From the NCBI GenBank assembly GCA_026391555.1, contig JAPLEB010000105.1, positions 9,356 to 73,355 on the forward strand: a DNA stretch of 64,000 nucleotides, given 5' to 3'. Source of the DNA: Bacteroidia bacterium. GTDB lineage: Bacteria > Bacteroidota > Bacteroidia > Bacteroidales > VadinHA17. A model generated the notes under the pieces. It was not told where the DNA came from, did not search any database, and saw nothing but the letters and a program-made list of their open reading frames with translations. Both the position numbers and the translations under genes were made by a program. This document shows, piece after piece, positions 35,704 through 45,648 of this stretch. Positions within the stretch are counted from its first letter, which is position 1. Each line of letters begins with the position of its first letter.

Positions 35704-35740
35704 ATCAATTTTAAATACATTTGTGCAAACAAAAAATATT

Positions 35741-36415
35741 ATGGCACGGTTTACAAGAATAGATGTTATCCTTAAGATGCGGGAAGCAGGAATTGTACCT
35801 GTATTCTATCATAAAGATCAGGAAATATGCAGGAACGTGATTAAAGCATGCTTTGACGGTGGTATTAAAGTTTTTGAGTTTACCAATCGCGGTGATTATG
35901 CTCATGAGTTATTCAGCGAACTGAATAAATGGGCTGAAAAAGAGGTTCCCGGGTTGGTGATGGGTGCAGGATCGGTAGTTGATGCAGGAACTGCTTCACT
36001 ATATATACAGCTCGGTGCAAATTTTATTGTCTCTCCGGTATTGAATCCTGAAATGGCAAAAGTTTGTAACCGCAGAAAAATTCTGTGGTCGCCTGGCTGC
36101 GGATCACTGTCAGAAATCAGCTATGCCGAGGAGCTTGGCGCTGAGATAGTTAAAATATTTCCCGGTTCATCCGTCGGAGGTCCCGATTTTGTAAAAGCAA
36201 TAAAAGGGCCCTGCCCCTGGACAAGCATTATGCCTACCGGAGGTGTTGAACCAACCGTTGAAAATTTAAGGGAGTGGTTTGAAGCAGGTGTTACCTGTGT
36301 CGGTATCGGTTCCAATCTTATCACGAAAGAATTGATTCAGAAAAGAGACTGGAAAGGACTTACCAAAAGAATTGCAGGAGCAGTTAAAGTGGCAAGGATG
36401 TTTCAGATAGTGTAA
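35741..36415 (+). CDS. eda: KDPG/KHG aldolase
   Basis: Start trimmed to MARFTRIDVILKMREAGIVPVFYH. Also has GIKVFEFTNR, GAGSV and VKIFPG...MPTGGV, typical of Eda. Confidence 0.8.
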   Translation: MARFTRIDVILKMREAGIVPVFYHKDQEICRNVIKACFDGGIKVFEFTNRGDYAHELFSELNKWAEKEVPGLVMGAGSVVDAGTASLYIQLGANFIVSPVLNPEMAKVCNRRKILWSPGCGSLSEISYAEELGAEIVKIFPGSSVGGPDFVKAIKGPCPWTSIMPTGGVEPTVENLREWFEAGVTCVGIGSNLITKELIQKRDWKGLTKRIAGAVKVARMFQIV

Positions 36416-36495
36416 ATCAATTAAGCCTGCCTACCGCTGGCAGTCTTAAAAGAATCACAAAGAAGAACTGACACAGTGGATACTAAACTGTTTGA

Positions 36496-38643
36496 TCAGG
36501 AACTGCCCTGAAGCGGAGTTGAATCCTTCATTGATAACTGAATACGTTTCCTTTCAATATCTACTGCCAGGACTTTTACCATAACATGCTGATGGAGTTT
36601 CACAACAGTTGAGGGGTCTGATATGTAGGTTTTGCTCATATTTGAAATATGTACCAGTCCATCCTGTTTAATACCGATATCAACAAAAGCACCAAATTTT
36701 GTAATATTTGTTACAATTCCGGGAACAATCATTCCCTGGATAAGATCCTCCATAGTATGAACATCAGCAAACCGGAACTCTTTTATTTTTGAACGTGGAT
36801 CGCGGCCGGGTTTAGCCAGCTCTTCCATTAAATCTTTAAGTGTCGGCAGCCCGGTTACCGGAGTAATATAACGGTCGAGTTTAATCTCTTTTCGCTTGTT
36901 ATCATCTGTAATAAGTTCCTTAACATCACATCCCATATCTTTCGACATTTGCTCTACAACATGGTAACTCTCCGGATGCACTGCGCTGGCGTCGAGTGGA
37001 TTCTCAGCATTTCGTATCCGGAGGAACCCTGCACTTTGCTCAAAAGCTTTTGCTCCCATCCGCTTTACCTTCAGAAGTTCTTCACGTGACTTGAATGGTC
37101 CGTTTTCTGCACGGTAATCAACAATGTTCTGTGCAAGCTGTGGTCCGAGACCAGAAACATAAGTCAACAGATGACTGCTTGAAGTATTCACCTCAACGCC
37201 AACTGCATTAACACAACTCATAACAACATCATCCAGCGATTTTTGCAGTTTCTGCTGATCAACATCATGCTGATACTGACCCACCCCTATTGATTTAGGA
37301 TCGATCTTAACCAACTCAGCCAACGGGTCCATAAGTCTTCGTCCTATCGATACAGCACCCCGGACGGTTACATCATAATCGGGAAATTCATCACGTGCAG
37401 CTTTTGAAGCAGAATATATTGAAGCCCCGGCCTCGCTGACAACAAAAACCTGAATATCATTCTCAAACTTGATCCATTTCATAAAATCTTCGGTCTCGCG
37501 GCTTGCAGTTCCATTACCGATAGCAATAGCCTCAATCTTGTAAGCATTGACAAGTGAAAGTATCTTTTTTATCGACATTGCAGTTTCATTCTGCGGGGGA
37601 TGAGGATAAATTGTCTCATTATGAATAAGATTCCCCTGCCTGTCGAGACAAACAACCTTACACCCCGACCTGAAACCAGGGTCAATAGCCAGAACAGTTT
37701 TTTCGCCTAATGGTGATCCAAGAAGAAGCTGGCGAAGGTTTTCAGCAAATACCATAATTGCCTCAATATCAGCCTTTCCCTTGGTAATATTTCTGAACTC
37801 TGTTTCCATTGAAGATGAAAGAAGTCTTTTCCAACTATCTTTTACGGCAACAGCAACGATGCCAGATGAAGCGTTCCGCTCCTTAATGAAAATATGGTTT
37901 AGTATATCAAGTGCATTCTCTTCAACAGGTTCCACCGACAGTCTCAGGAAACCCTCATCCTCTCCCCTCCTCATTGCAAGCAGCCTGTGCGACGGACACT
38001 TCTTAAGAGGCTCTGACCAATCATAATAATCGCTGTATTTAATACCTTCAGCCTCTTTCCCTTTTACAACCCTTGAGTAAATAACTGCCTCTTTTTCAAA
38101 AAGATATCTCAGTTGTTTTCTTACATTTTCGTCCTCATTTATCCATTCGGCGATAATGTCAGATGCACCGGCCAGAGCATCTTCAACAGTTGTAACATCG
38201 TCATTGAGATACTCCTCAGCTTTAAGAGACAGATCATTCTCCTTCTGATCCAAAATGATAACCGCGAGCGGCTCAAGCCCTTTTTCCCTGGCAATCGTTG
38301 CCCGTGTTCTGCGTTTTGGCCTGTAAGGCAGATAGATATCCTCAAGCTCAGCCATTGTTACTGCAGCTTCAATTTTTTGCCTGAGCTCCGGAGTCATCTT
38401 TTCCTGTTCCTCAATAGACTTTAATACACTTTCCCTGCGGGCATCAAGCTCTTTGAGCCGATCGTATTCCTCCTTGATTTGCATCAGTTTGACCTCATCA
38501 AGACTGCCGGTCATCTCTTTCCTGTATCTGCTAATAAATGGAATGGTAGCTCCGCCATCCATCAGCCTGATTGTGTTTTCGACCTGCCATTCGTGGAGTC
38601 CAAGCTTTTTCGCAACAATTTCAATATGTTTATTCGCACCCAT
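36496..38643 (-). CDS. tex: Tex-like transcription accessory protein (YqgF/RuvC-like + HhH + S1 domains)
   Basis: N-terminal WQVENTIRLMDGGATIPFISRYRKE, LAIDPGFRSGCK, and C-terminal S1 GMIVPGIVTNITKFGAFVDIG...DGLVHIS. Confidence 0.9.
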   Translation of the reverse strand: MGANKHIEIVAKKLGLHEWQVENTIRLMDGGATIPFISRYRKEMTGSLDEVKLMQIKEEYDRLKELDARRESVLKSIEEQEKMTPELRQKIEAAVTMAELEDIYLPYRPKRRTRATIAREKGLEPLAVIILDQKENDLSLKAEEYLNDDVTTVEDALAGASDIIAEWINEDENVRKQLRYLFEKEAVIYSRVVKGKEAEGIKYSDYYDWSEPLKKCPSHRLLAMRRGEDEGFLRLSVEPVEENALDILNHIFIKERNASSGIVAVAVKDSWKRLLSSSMETEFRNITKGKADIEAIMVFAENLRQLLLGSPLGEKTVLAIDPGFRSGCKVVCLDRQGNLIHNETIYPHPPQNETAMSIKKILSLVNAYKIEAIAIGNGTASRETEDFMKWIKFENDIQVFVVSEAGASIYSASKAARDEFPDYDVTVRGAVSIGRRLMDPLAELVKIDPKSIGVGQYQHDVDQQKLQKSLDDVVMSCVNAVGVEVNTSSSHLLTYVSGLGPQLAQNIVDYRAENGPFKSREELLKVKRMGAKAFEQSAGFLRIRNAENPLDASAVHPESYHVVEQMSKDMGCDVKELITDDNKRKEIKLDRYITPVTGLPTLKDLMEELAKPGRDPRSKIKEFRFADVHTMEDLIQGMIVPGIVTNITKFGAFVDIGIKQDGLVHISNMSKTYISDPSTVVKLHQHVMVKVLAVDIERKRIQLSMKDSTPLQGSS

Positions 38644-38670
38644 CGTTAAATGATTTCTACATATTCAAAA

Positions 38671-38723
38671 ACCCACCCCTAACCCCCCGCCGAAGCGGGG
38701 CAGGCTCTCCAGGGAGGGGAACT
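38671..38723. repeat. GC-rich hairpin repeat element, copy A
   Basis: acccacccctaaccccccgccgaagcggggcaggctctccagggaggggaact. Inner hairpin ccccgc-cgaa-gcgggg. About 49 of 53 positions are identical to 58960-59012. Confidence 0.85.
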
Positions 38724-38757
38724 GGTTTTGCCTTTGTACCTTTGCACTATTGTGCCT

Positions 38758-39939
38758 TTATTCAACATAAATAACCAAACCTTTCAGATACTCGCTCTCC
38801 GGGTGATAAATATTTACCGGATGGTCAGGCGGCTGACTCATCTGGTGTAAGATTCTGACACTGCGACCCGTATTGGCAGCTGCAGCAAAAACCGATTTTC
38901 TGAAGTTCTCTTTTGTCACCACCTGCGAACACGAGAATGTAAAAATAATACCACCTGGTTTAATTTGCTCAATTGCCTTAATATTAAGCCTTTTATATCC
39001 CTGAAGGGCATTTGCAAGAACATTATTATGCTTTGCAAATGCGGGTGGGTCGAGTATTATCAGATCGTACTTATCTTTAATATGATTCAGATAATCAAAT
39101 GCATCAACCTGAAATGATTCATGCCGGGGATCATCTCCATAATTAAGTTTAATATTTTCATTAGCCAGTTCAATAGCCGGGAAAGAACTGTCAACTGTAT
39201 GAACTAAAGCTGCATTTTTCATAGCATAGACTGAAAATGCGCCTGTATAACCAAACATGTTGAGGACACTCTTTCCTTCAGTAAATCTTTCAAGCAGTTT
39301 TCTGTTCTCCCTCTGATCGATGAAGAATCCGGTTTTCTGACCTGTAGTCCAGTCAATTTTAAATTTATAACCGTATTCCGTGACAATCACAGGGTCAGAA
39401 TTTCCATACAGAAATTCATTTACACCTGTTATACCGGACATGTGCGGAATAGTTGTTTCGCTCTTATCGTAAACAGCAATAAGCTGACCTTTCATTAGTT
39501 CAACCAGGATAGCTGCAATTTCCCCGCGTATCCTGTAAAACCCGATTGAATGCATCTGGATCACAGCAACTCCGTTATAGAAATCAACAATAAGACCTGG
39601 TAATCCATCGCCTTCAGCATGAATAAGCCTGAACACATTAATCTGAGGATTATCTATAATACCCAGTGATTTTCTGTAATTAATTGCCTTTTTTATTTTA
39701 TCCCTGAAAAAATCAATGTCCGGAGTTACCTGCACAAATGAGAGTATTCGTACTGCAATGGAACTGGGTTGATAATGTCCGACAGCGAGGAAAGAATCTT
39801 TATTATCATAGACATCCACCAGGTCGCCTTCTGCAGGATTACCATAGATTTTTTTTATAGCTCCCGAAAATATCCACGGGTGATACCTGCGGAGTGACTG
39901 CTCTTTTCCTGATTTAAGGACAATTTTTACTCGCTCCAC
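38758..39939 (-). CDS. rlmI: Class I SAM-dependent rRNA (cytosine-C5) methyltransferase, RlmI-like (PUA + MTase)
   Basis: KSGKEQSLRRYHPWIFSGAI (PUA-type N-terminus), NMFGYTGAFSVYA and IILDPPAFAK. Confidence 0.75.
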   Translation of the reverse strand: MERVKIVLKSGKEQSLRRYHPWIFSGAIKKIYGNPAEGDLVDVYDNKDSFLAVGHYQPSSIAVRILSFVQVTPDIDFFRDKIKKAINYRKSLGIIDNPQINVFRLIHAEGDGLPGLIVDFYNGVAVIQMHSIGFYRIRGEIAAILVELMKGQLIAVYDKSETTIPHMSGITGVNEFLYGNSDPVIVTEYGYKFKIDWTTGQKTGFFIDQRENRKLLERFTEGKSVLNMFGYTGAFSVYAMKNAALVHTVDSSFPAIELANENIKLNYGDDPRHESFQVDAFDYLNHIKDKYDLIILDPPAFAKHNNVLANALQGYKRLNIKAIEQIKPGGIIFTFSCSQVVTKENFRKSVFAAAANTGRSVRILHQMSQPPDHPVNIYHPESEYLKGLVIYVE

Positions 39940-39982
39940 ATTATTGTATTGTTATTCGAATAAGTTTATACAATATTCTAAA

Positions 39983-40570
39983 TCAACTATTTTCAGTTAA
40001 TTTATTATATATCTGATGGCATACCCACGCATCAGTTGCTGCATATATCTGCTGGGCCTCAGTAAGTTGCTCTGCTTCCCAGTCGGTCACCTGTTGGCGC
40101 TTTGATATTCTGAATCCAAGAACAATTGCTGCAAGCTTTTTAAGTCCCGAGCTCTTAATACCATAATCCCTGACAAAACTCTGCAGATCAACAAATCCGT
40201 CGGGGGAAAACTTTTTTACTCCCTTAAGGAACCTGATATCATCATGTACAGCGACTCCTGCTTTTATTACAGAATGATCGGACAACAATTTAATCAGCTC
40301 CTCAGGAAAGCCAATTTTATTGATCCGGAACAGACATGCGAGATTATCAGTAGAAAGCTGAATAAGAGAAACTGAATTTTTTCTTCCTTTTTTGAAATTG
40401 GGTTTAGTCTCAGTATCAAAACCCAGTAATTCTGATCCAAGCAACCTTGGAAAAACTTCATAATAAGTTTTAGGATTATCAACCAATACTATTTCACCTT
40501 TGAACCATGAGAGCTCACATTCAGCAATTTCCTCAACAGTAATATTCTCCTGATATTTATTATTCACCAT
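39983..40570 (-). CDS. 3'-5' exonuclease (RNase D/WRN-exonuclease DEDDy-type domain)
   Basis: Start trimmed to MVNNKYQ. Motifs LGFDTETKP, GVAVHDDIRFL and YAATDAW. Confidence 0.8.
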   Translation of the reverse strand: MVNNKYQENITVEEIAECELSWFKGEIVLVDNPKTYYEVFPRLLGSELLGFDTETKPNFKKGRKNSVSLIQLSTDNLACLFRINKIGFPEELIKLLSDHSVIKAGVAVHDDIRFLKGVKKFSPDGFVDLQSFVRDYGIKSSGLKKLAAIVLGFRISKRQQVTDWEAEQLTEAQQIYAATDAWVCHQIYNKLTENS

Positions 40571-41183
40571 CTCCCCTGAATTCCTTTTGTCTTCTCGCGA
40601 TAAACCAGTCTGAAGTATTTCTTTTTTCATCATTTTCATCAACATCATTTTCAACTTTTCTAATCTCCTCTCCTGAGTATATGAACTTATGAATAGCTCT
40701 CATTGAATTTACAAGCTTCTGACCCCAGAAGTTTTCGAAATTCATCCTGCATTCCCACACGGCATCATTCATTACCTCGATAGTACCTGTCTGGTAAAGC
40801 AGAAGAAAGTCTTTCATATCCTGGTAAATGTCTGCCATATTCTCTGAAATGCCCGATAAAACAGGTCCTTCCGATTCGTTTATTTGTTCATCAAATACTT
40901 CGAGATAATCATTTGCTGTACCGAATTTTTCTTTAAGAGTATCATTAATTCTGATCCAGTCAGATTCTGTAACGAATTTCTCATTACCATCTTCAAAATA
41001 AGGGTTCATCTTCGGCAAAAGAGAGGCCTTGAGGTACATCAAAGGCAAAATACGTTGCAGTATCTTCAGTAACTCATCTCCTTTCAGCTCTGAAGCGTGT
41101 TCGGTGTATTTACAGAACTCATTTGCAACAGCCACAAATTCAATGACATTCCTTGAATACACCGGATCTGAACTGGAGTCCAT
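40560..41183 (-). CDS. DUF5063-like protein, the usual upstream partner of the exonuclease in Bacteroidota
   Basis: 207 aa, acidic and helical (VIEFVAVANEFCKYTEH...). Overlaps the exonuclease start by 11 nt. The family name comes from memory of the conserved gene pair, not from a search. Confidence 0.5.
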   Translation of the reverse strand: MDSSSDPVYSRNVIEFVAVANEFCKYTEHASELKGDELLKILQRILPLMYLKASLLPKMNPYFEDGNEKFVTESDWIRINDTLKEKFGTANDYLEVFDEQINESEGPVLSGISENMADIYQDMKDFLLLYQTGTIEVMNDAVWECRMNFENFWGQKLVNSMRAIHKFIYSGEEIRKVENDVDENDEKRNTSDWFIARRQKEFRGDGE

Positions 41184-41236
41184 AATTTTTAGTTAATCGT
41201 GGTACAAAATTAGACATTTTTTATGTGGATATAATC

Positions 41237-42034
41237 CTATTTCTTCTTTGTAGAGCTCAATAGGATATCCGTCAGATTTTCAGCAGCTTTGCGATTTTCA
41301 AAACTTACCGGGAGACGGTCATGATCAATATATTCATTATAAATCCAGGGGTCGCCTATTGCAAAAACATATCCTTTTCCATACCTGTTTTCAGCCATAA
41401 GAACTCTCCCGTTTTCAGTCAGTACAGCCTTCGCGGTACCCGACAAGTTAATATCTGAAACCTCTTTGATATAGATTTTTGATACACCTTTAAAAAGAGA
41501 ATGATCGGGCAGATTCTTACAAGCTCCCATTTCAAAGTTGGTACCGGTAACCGGATGTAATGTAACATGGTTAAAGGTCATTCCAAACAGTGAAGTCAGT
41601 TGATTCAAATGAGTGAATTCACAATTTGGAGCATCATTTGCGAGTATTGCAAGAACTCCGCCATTTTTGACCCATTGTTCAATGGCCTTTGCATCCTCTG
41701 GCATGATGTAATTCGGTGATTTACTTTCAGTTGTGGTATCAGGGTCAACTATTATATATATATCCACCTTACTCAACACATTGGCATCTGGTTTTTCAAG
41801 TGTTGTGAGTTTAGCTCCCATGCCGGTGAATATTTCCCCCCAGCGGGAGTAGCCGCTGAATTCGGTATCAGTCCAGAGATAATGAAATGGCTTTCCGGTT
41901 ATAGCCCTGGTTTCTTTGTTGTACCAGTTATCTAACCCGACAAACGGTTGTGATATTGCGTTTTGGACAATGAAACCAAATACTACCAGCAATATCAATA
42001 GAAAATGTCTTTTAAAAAGTTTCTGCTTTCCCAT
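41237..42034 (-). CDS. Secreted hypothetical protein (DUF4350/class-I-amidotransferase-like fold suspected)
   Basis: Start trimmed to MGKQKLFKRHFLLILLVVFGF. Contains VDIYIIVDPD...WVKNGGVLAILAND...GKGYVFAIGDPW. Function not supported. Confidence 0.45.
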   Translation of the reverse strand: MGKQKLFKRHFLLILLVVFGFIVQNAISQPFVGLDNWYNKETRAITGKPFHYLWTDTEFSGYSRWGEIFTGMGAKLTTLEKPDANVLSKVDIYIIVDPDTTTESKSPNYIMPEDAKAIEQWVKNGGVLAILANDAPNCEFTHLNQLTSLFGMTFNHVTLHPVTGTNFEMGACKNLPDHSLFKGVSKIYIKEVSDINLSGTAKAVLTENGRVLMAENRYGKGYVFAIGDPWIYNEYIDHDRLPVSFENRKAAENLTDILLSSTKKK

Positions 42035-42176
42035 AATTTTTTCAGGTTTAATTACCTCAAAAGTATAAAACATTAGCGATGAATCAACCATATTCTGAAA
42101 CATATTGCCCGTATGAAATGAATAATTATCTTTGCTATACCATAATACATAAAATTAATTATTAAACCAAATAACA

Positions 42177-42929
42177 ATGAAGAGACTGATCTATGTTTTT
42201 GCAGCATTGCTGGTTTTCCTTTCAGCTGGAAATATAGCTAAAGGCCAGCCAAATAATGTCGACAATACACTTACTGCAAAGGAAGTGAAAGACGGGTGGA
42301 AGCTATTGTTTGACGGAAAAACATCGGGCGGATGGATGAACCCAAAGAGTAAAGCTTTCCCGTCTGGCGGCTGGACTATACAAGATGGAATCCTTAGTGT
42401 TAATCCGGCTAAGGGGGTACAAAATACCGGTGGCGATATTGTAACAGTTGAGAAATACAAAGATTTCGAGCTTGGCGTAGACTTTATGTACACTCCCGGA
42501 GCTAACAGCGGTATTAAATATTTTGTTGATACTGAAACAAAGAACGGAGCTTTAGCCTCTATTGGCTGTGAATACCAGGTTCTCGACGACAAACTTCATC
42601 CCGATGCAAAGCTGGGAAAAAACGGTAACCGCACCCTGGCCGGACTTTATGACCTTATCCCTCCAAAAAGCAGTAAAATTGATAATGGCCCTGATAAATG
42701 GAACCATGCAACAATTATTGTAAAAGGTAACCACATACAGCACTGGCTTAACGGACAGATTACAGTTGAGTATGACAGGGGCACTCCGGCATGGAAAGAG
42801 CTTGTTGCTACCAGTAAGTTTAAGACATCTCCCGGTTTTAGTGAAGTAACTGAAGGACGTATTCTTCTACAGGATCACGGGAATGCGGTATCATTTAAGA
42901 ATATAAAGATAAAGGAGATAAAGAATTAG
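42177..42929 (+). CDS. DUF1080 (3-keto-disaccharide hydrolase-like) domain protein
   Basis: EVKDGWKLLFDGKT..GW, GGDIVT...YKDFEL, NSGIKY, EYQVLDD, AGLYDLIPP, HWLNG and ILLQDHGNAVSFKNIKIKEI. Confidence 0.85.
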   Translation: MKRLIYVFAALLVFLSAGNIAKGQPNNVDNTLTAKEVKDGWKLLFDGKTSGGWMNPKSKAFPSGGWTIQDGILSVNPAKGVQNTGGDIVTVEKYKDFELGVDFMYTPGANSGIKYFVDTETKNGALASIGCEYQVLDDKLHPDAKLGKNGNRTLAGLYDLIPPKSSKIDNGPDKWNHATIIVKGNHIQHWLNGQITVEYDRGTPAWKELVATSKFKTSPGFSEVTEGRILLQDHGNAVSFKNIKIKEIKN

Positions 42930-42956
42930 ACCCAGTATAAGGTACAAAACACGACT

Positions 42957-43367
42957 ATGAAAAACTTTGCATTACTATTACTCATATCAGGTATCTTTTT
43001 TGCATCCGCATGCAATAAAGAAGAAAAGTCCGAACGGTTCTTGCTGTTAACCGCACCTGAATGGGAAACTGACAGCCTTCTTGCCAACGGGGATGATGCT
43101 AGCGTACCAGGTGGTATGCTGGAGAAATTCAAGGGAAATGCAAAATTCAAAGAAGACGGCACTGGAACTTTCGGTACTTATACCGGGTCATGGAGATTTA
43201 ATATTGATGAAACTGAACTCGTAATTGTCACTGATTCCATGCCGCTTCCGATTATCACCGACATTATAGAATTGACGAATGCCTCACTGAAAATTAAAAC
43301 ACTTGTCTCTGATACAGCTATTTCCATCGAGCCGATAAGAATCCGTATGACTTTTAAGGCTAAATGA
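42957..43367 (+). CDS. Small lipocalin-like lipoprotein
   Basis: Lipobox FFASACNKE. 136 aa, beta-rich; overlaps the TonB-receptor start by 4 nt. Confidence 0.5.
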   Translation: MKNFALLLLISGIFFASACNKEEKSERFLLLTAPEWETDSLLANGDDASVPGGMLEKFKGNAKFKEDGTGTFGTYTGSWRFNIDETELVIVTDSMPLPIITDIIELTNASLKIKTLVSDTAISIEPIRIRMTFKAK

Positions 43368-45595
43368 TGCGTTATATCCTTATTGTTATTATCTTTTCAG
43401 TAAGTTTTAGCTTAAATGGTTCTGATATTAGTGGTATCGTCAAAGGCAAAGTTGTAGATAACAGTACAGGCGAACCATTACCCGGAGTTTATGTTATTTA
43501 TGGAAAAAATCTCGGGACAACGACCGATAAAAATGGTTTATATATTATTATAACAGATTTTGAAAAACTGAGAATAACTTTTCAATTTGTTGGCTATGAA
43601 TCTATTACTAAAGAAATAGTCATCAAATCAAATGAAACGACTGAACTTGATGTCGGGTTGGAAATGAAAATCCGGGAGATCGACCAGATAGTCGTGAGTG
43701 CAAACAAAACCGACCAAAAGGTTGCTGAATTGACTGTATCCATGGATATCATCAAAACGTCATTCCTTTCAAACAATCATATTACAGATGCACAGGAACT
43801 TATAAATAAAATACCTGGAATTGAAGTAATGGACGGGCAGGCTTCCATCAGAGGAGGCAGCGGTTTCAGCTATGGTGTCGGCAGCAGAGTTCTGGCTTTA
43901 ATTGATGGCTTACCGGTTTTGTCAGCTGATGCCGGGAACATCAAATGGCAGTTTCTTCCTCTTGAAAACCTCTCCCAGATCGAAATAATTAAAGGGGCCT
44001 CATCAGTATTATACGGATCATCAGCCCTGAACGGAATAATAAACTTTCGCACTGCCGATGCTACAAATATTCCTGTTACTCAATTTTTTACGGAGACAGG
44101 TATATATGGCAAACCAAAAAACAGGAACTGGATATGGTGGGATACTCCCAGGGTCTTTACAAGTGCCTCATTCTCTCATTTACAGAAATTCGGGAGAACA
44201 GATATCGGTTTTGGCAGTAACCTGCTTATCGATGAGGGATACCGCAGACTGAATGGAGAAAAGCTTGCAAGAGCCAGCCTCAGGTTAAAACACTTCAACA
44301 GTAAGGTTGAAGGGTTGACTTATGGATTGAACCTGAATGCAGGTTATACTATAAAAAGGGACTTCGTGCTTTGGGAGAATGCTGACTCAGGTGCCCTGAA
44401 ACAGAATGAATCGGCTACAATTGAGCTTCATGGGGATTTCCTGGCAATCAACCCATATATTTCATTGAAAAAAAGTGACCGTTACAGGCATGACTTGCGG
44501 ATGCAAATTCAGTCATCCCGTAACAGGTTCCCGGAGAGTAAAAAAAATAACAGTAATGCCATTTCTGCTTTCTCAGAATACCAGCTCTGGTACAGGTTAT
44601 CCAAGTTTCTTGACCTTACAGCCGGAGCTTCAGAGAATTACAGCCTTGTAACCTCGAATTTTTTCGGAGATCATACCGGATTGAATGTTGCCGGCTTTGC
44701 ACAGTTTGAGATCCGGCCCCTCTACCGTCTAAAAGCTGTAGCAGGCTTGAGGGTTGAAAATAATTCCCTCGACGGTAAAAACGATAAGGTCGTTCCGGTT
44801 TTCAGGGCAGGTCTCAACTGGCAGGCTGCGGACTATACTTTTCTGCGGGCATCAGTCGGACAAGGTTACCGCTACCCCTCAATAGCTGAAAAGTATGCAA
44901 CAACTACACTTGGATCTGTTACCATATTACCCAGCCCGGGTATAGTGCCTGAATCAGGATGGAGTTCGGAAGCAGGTATCAAACAGGGTATCCTGCTTGG
45001 AAAAATGAGAGGGCAAGCCGACTTCTCCCTGTTCATGTCTCAGAATGTAAATATGATCGAATACTTTCTTGCTCAGGGAGATGGGGTCACCGGCTTTAAG
45101 GCGACAAATATTGAACAATCGAGGGTATACGGGGGTGAACTTGAATTCATGCTGAACGGATCAATTGGTAATATAAATACTACAATCAGCGGAGGCTATA
45201 CATACATTTACCCCGTAGAGTTTAATAAAATGACCAATAAAAATACTGGTAACTACTTAAAATACAGGAGAAAACATTCTGGAAAAATAAGCTTAAACAC
45301 TTCATGGAAAAAGTTTGAGTCAGATTTAAGCCTGTACGCAAAATCCAAAATACTTAGAATTGATAAATTTTTTACGGATGATATAGGTGAAGGCATCCTT
45401 CCGGGTTTCCCTGACTACTGGCAGAAGAATAATACAGGATATTATCTTATTGATGGAACCATTGGTTATAAATTAAATAGTCAGTTAACCCTTTCATTTG
45501 CTCTAAAGAACATAACCAATACAGAATACATGGGCCGTCCCGGAGATATCCAGCCTCAAAGAAATTTCAGCATCCGGTTATCAGGAAAATTTTGA
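43364..45595 (+). CDS. TonB-dependent receptor (CarboxypepD_reg-like N-terminus + plug + barrel)
   Basis: GIVKGKVVDNSTGEPLPGVYV, the plug segment IPGIEVMDGQASIRGGSGFSYGVGSRVLALIDGLPV, and a C-terminal ...FSIRLSGKF aromatic terminus. Confidence 0.85.
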   Translation: MMRYILIVIIFSVSFSLNGSDISGIVKGKVVDNSTGEPLPGVYVIYGKNLGTTTDKNGLYIIITDFEKLRITFQFVGYESITKEIVIKSNETTELDVGLEMKIREIDQIVVSANKTDQKVAELTVSMDIIKTSFLSNNHITDAQELINKIPGIEVMDGQASIRGGSGFSYGVGSRVLALIDGLPVLSADAGNIKWQFLPLENLSQIEIIKGASSVLYGSSALNGIINFRTADATNIPVTQFFTETGIYGKPKNRNWIWWDTPRVFTSASFSHLQKFGRTDIGFGSNLLIDEGYRRLNGEKLARASLRLKHFNSKVEGLTYGLNLNAGYTIKRDFVLWENADSGALKQNESATIELHGDFLAINPYISLKKSDRYRHDLRMQIQSSRNRFPESKKNNSNAISAFSEYQLWYRLSKFLDLTAGASENYSLVTSNFFGDHTGLNVAGFAQFEIRPLYRLKAVAGLRVENNSLDGKNDKVVPVFRAGLNWQAADYTFLRASVGQGYRYPSIAEKYATTTLGSVTILPSPGIVPESGWSSEAGIKQGILLGKMRGQADFSLFMSQNVNMIEYFLAQGDGVTGFKATNIEQSRVYGGELEFMLNGSIGNINTTISGGYTYIYPVEFNKMTNKNTGNYLKYRRKHSGKISLNTSWKKFESDLSLYAKSKILRIDKFFTDDIGEGILPGFPDYWQKNNTGYYLIDGTIGYKLNSQLTLSFALKNITNTEYMGRPGDIQPQRNFSIRLSGKF

Positions 45596-45648
45596 ATTTT
45601 CATTCTTCTGATAATTTTATTAGTTTCATGTTCTAAAACTATCCTAAT

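Noticed and set aside
36416-36495. Possible bidirectional terminator gcctgcc-taccgct-ggcagtc between eda and tex
   Set aside because: The stem is only 5-6 bp with no flanking T-run, which is too weak to report as a feature.
38571-38774. Track ORFs 38571..38774 and 58888..59106 containing …PRRSGAGSPGRGTG… / …PPAEAGQALPGGEL…
   Set aside because: Both are read-throughs of the two copies of the 53-nt GC-rich element. The similarity between them is nucleotide-level repeat identity, not a protein family.
40571-40654. N-terminal extension MKMMLMKMMKKEILQTGLSREDKRNSGE on the exonuclease ORF. Similar 5' extensions occur on the ORFs at 5294, 6227, 30432, 35675, 42103, 49562 and 51839.
   Set aside because: The extensions overlap upstream genes or precede obvious signal peptides or conserved N-termini. 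The ORF track takes the most upstream ATG/GTG/TTG, so I trimmed the starts.
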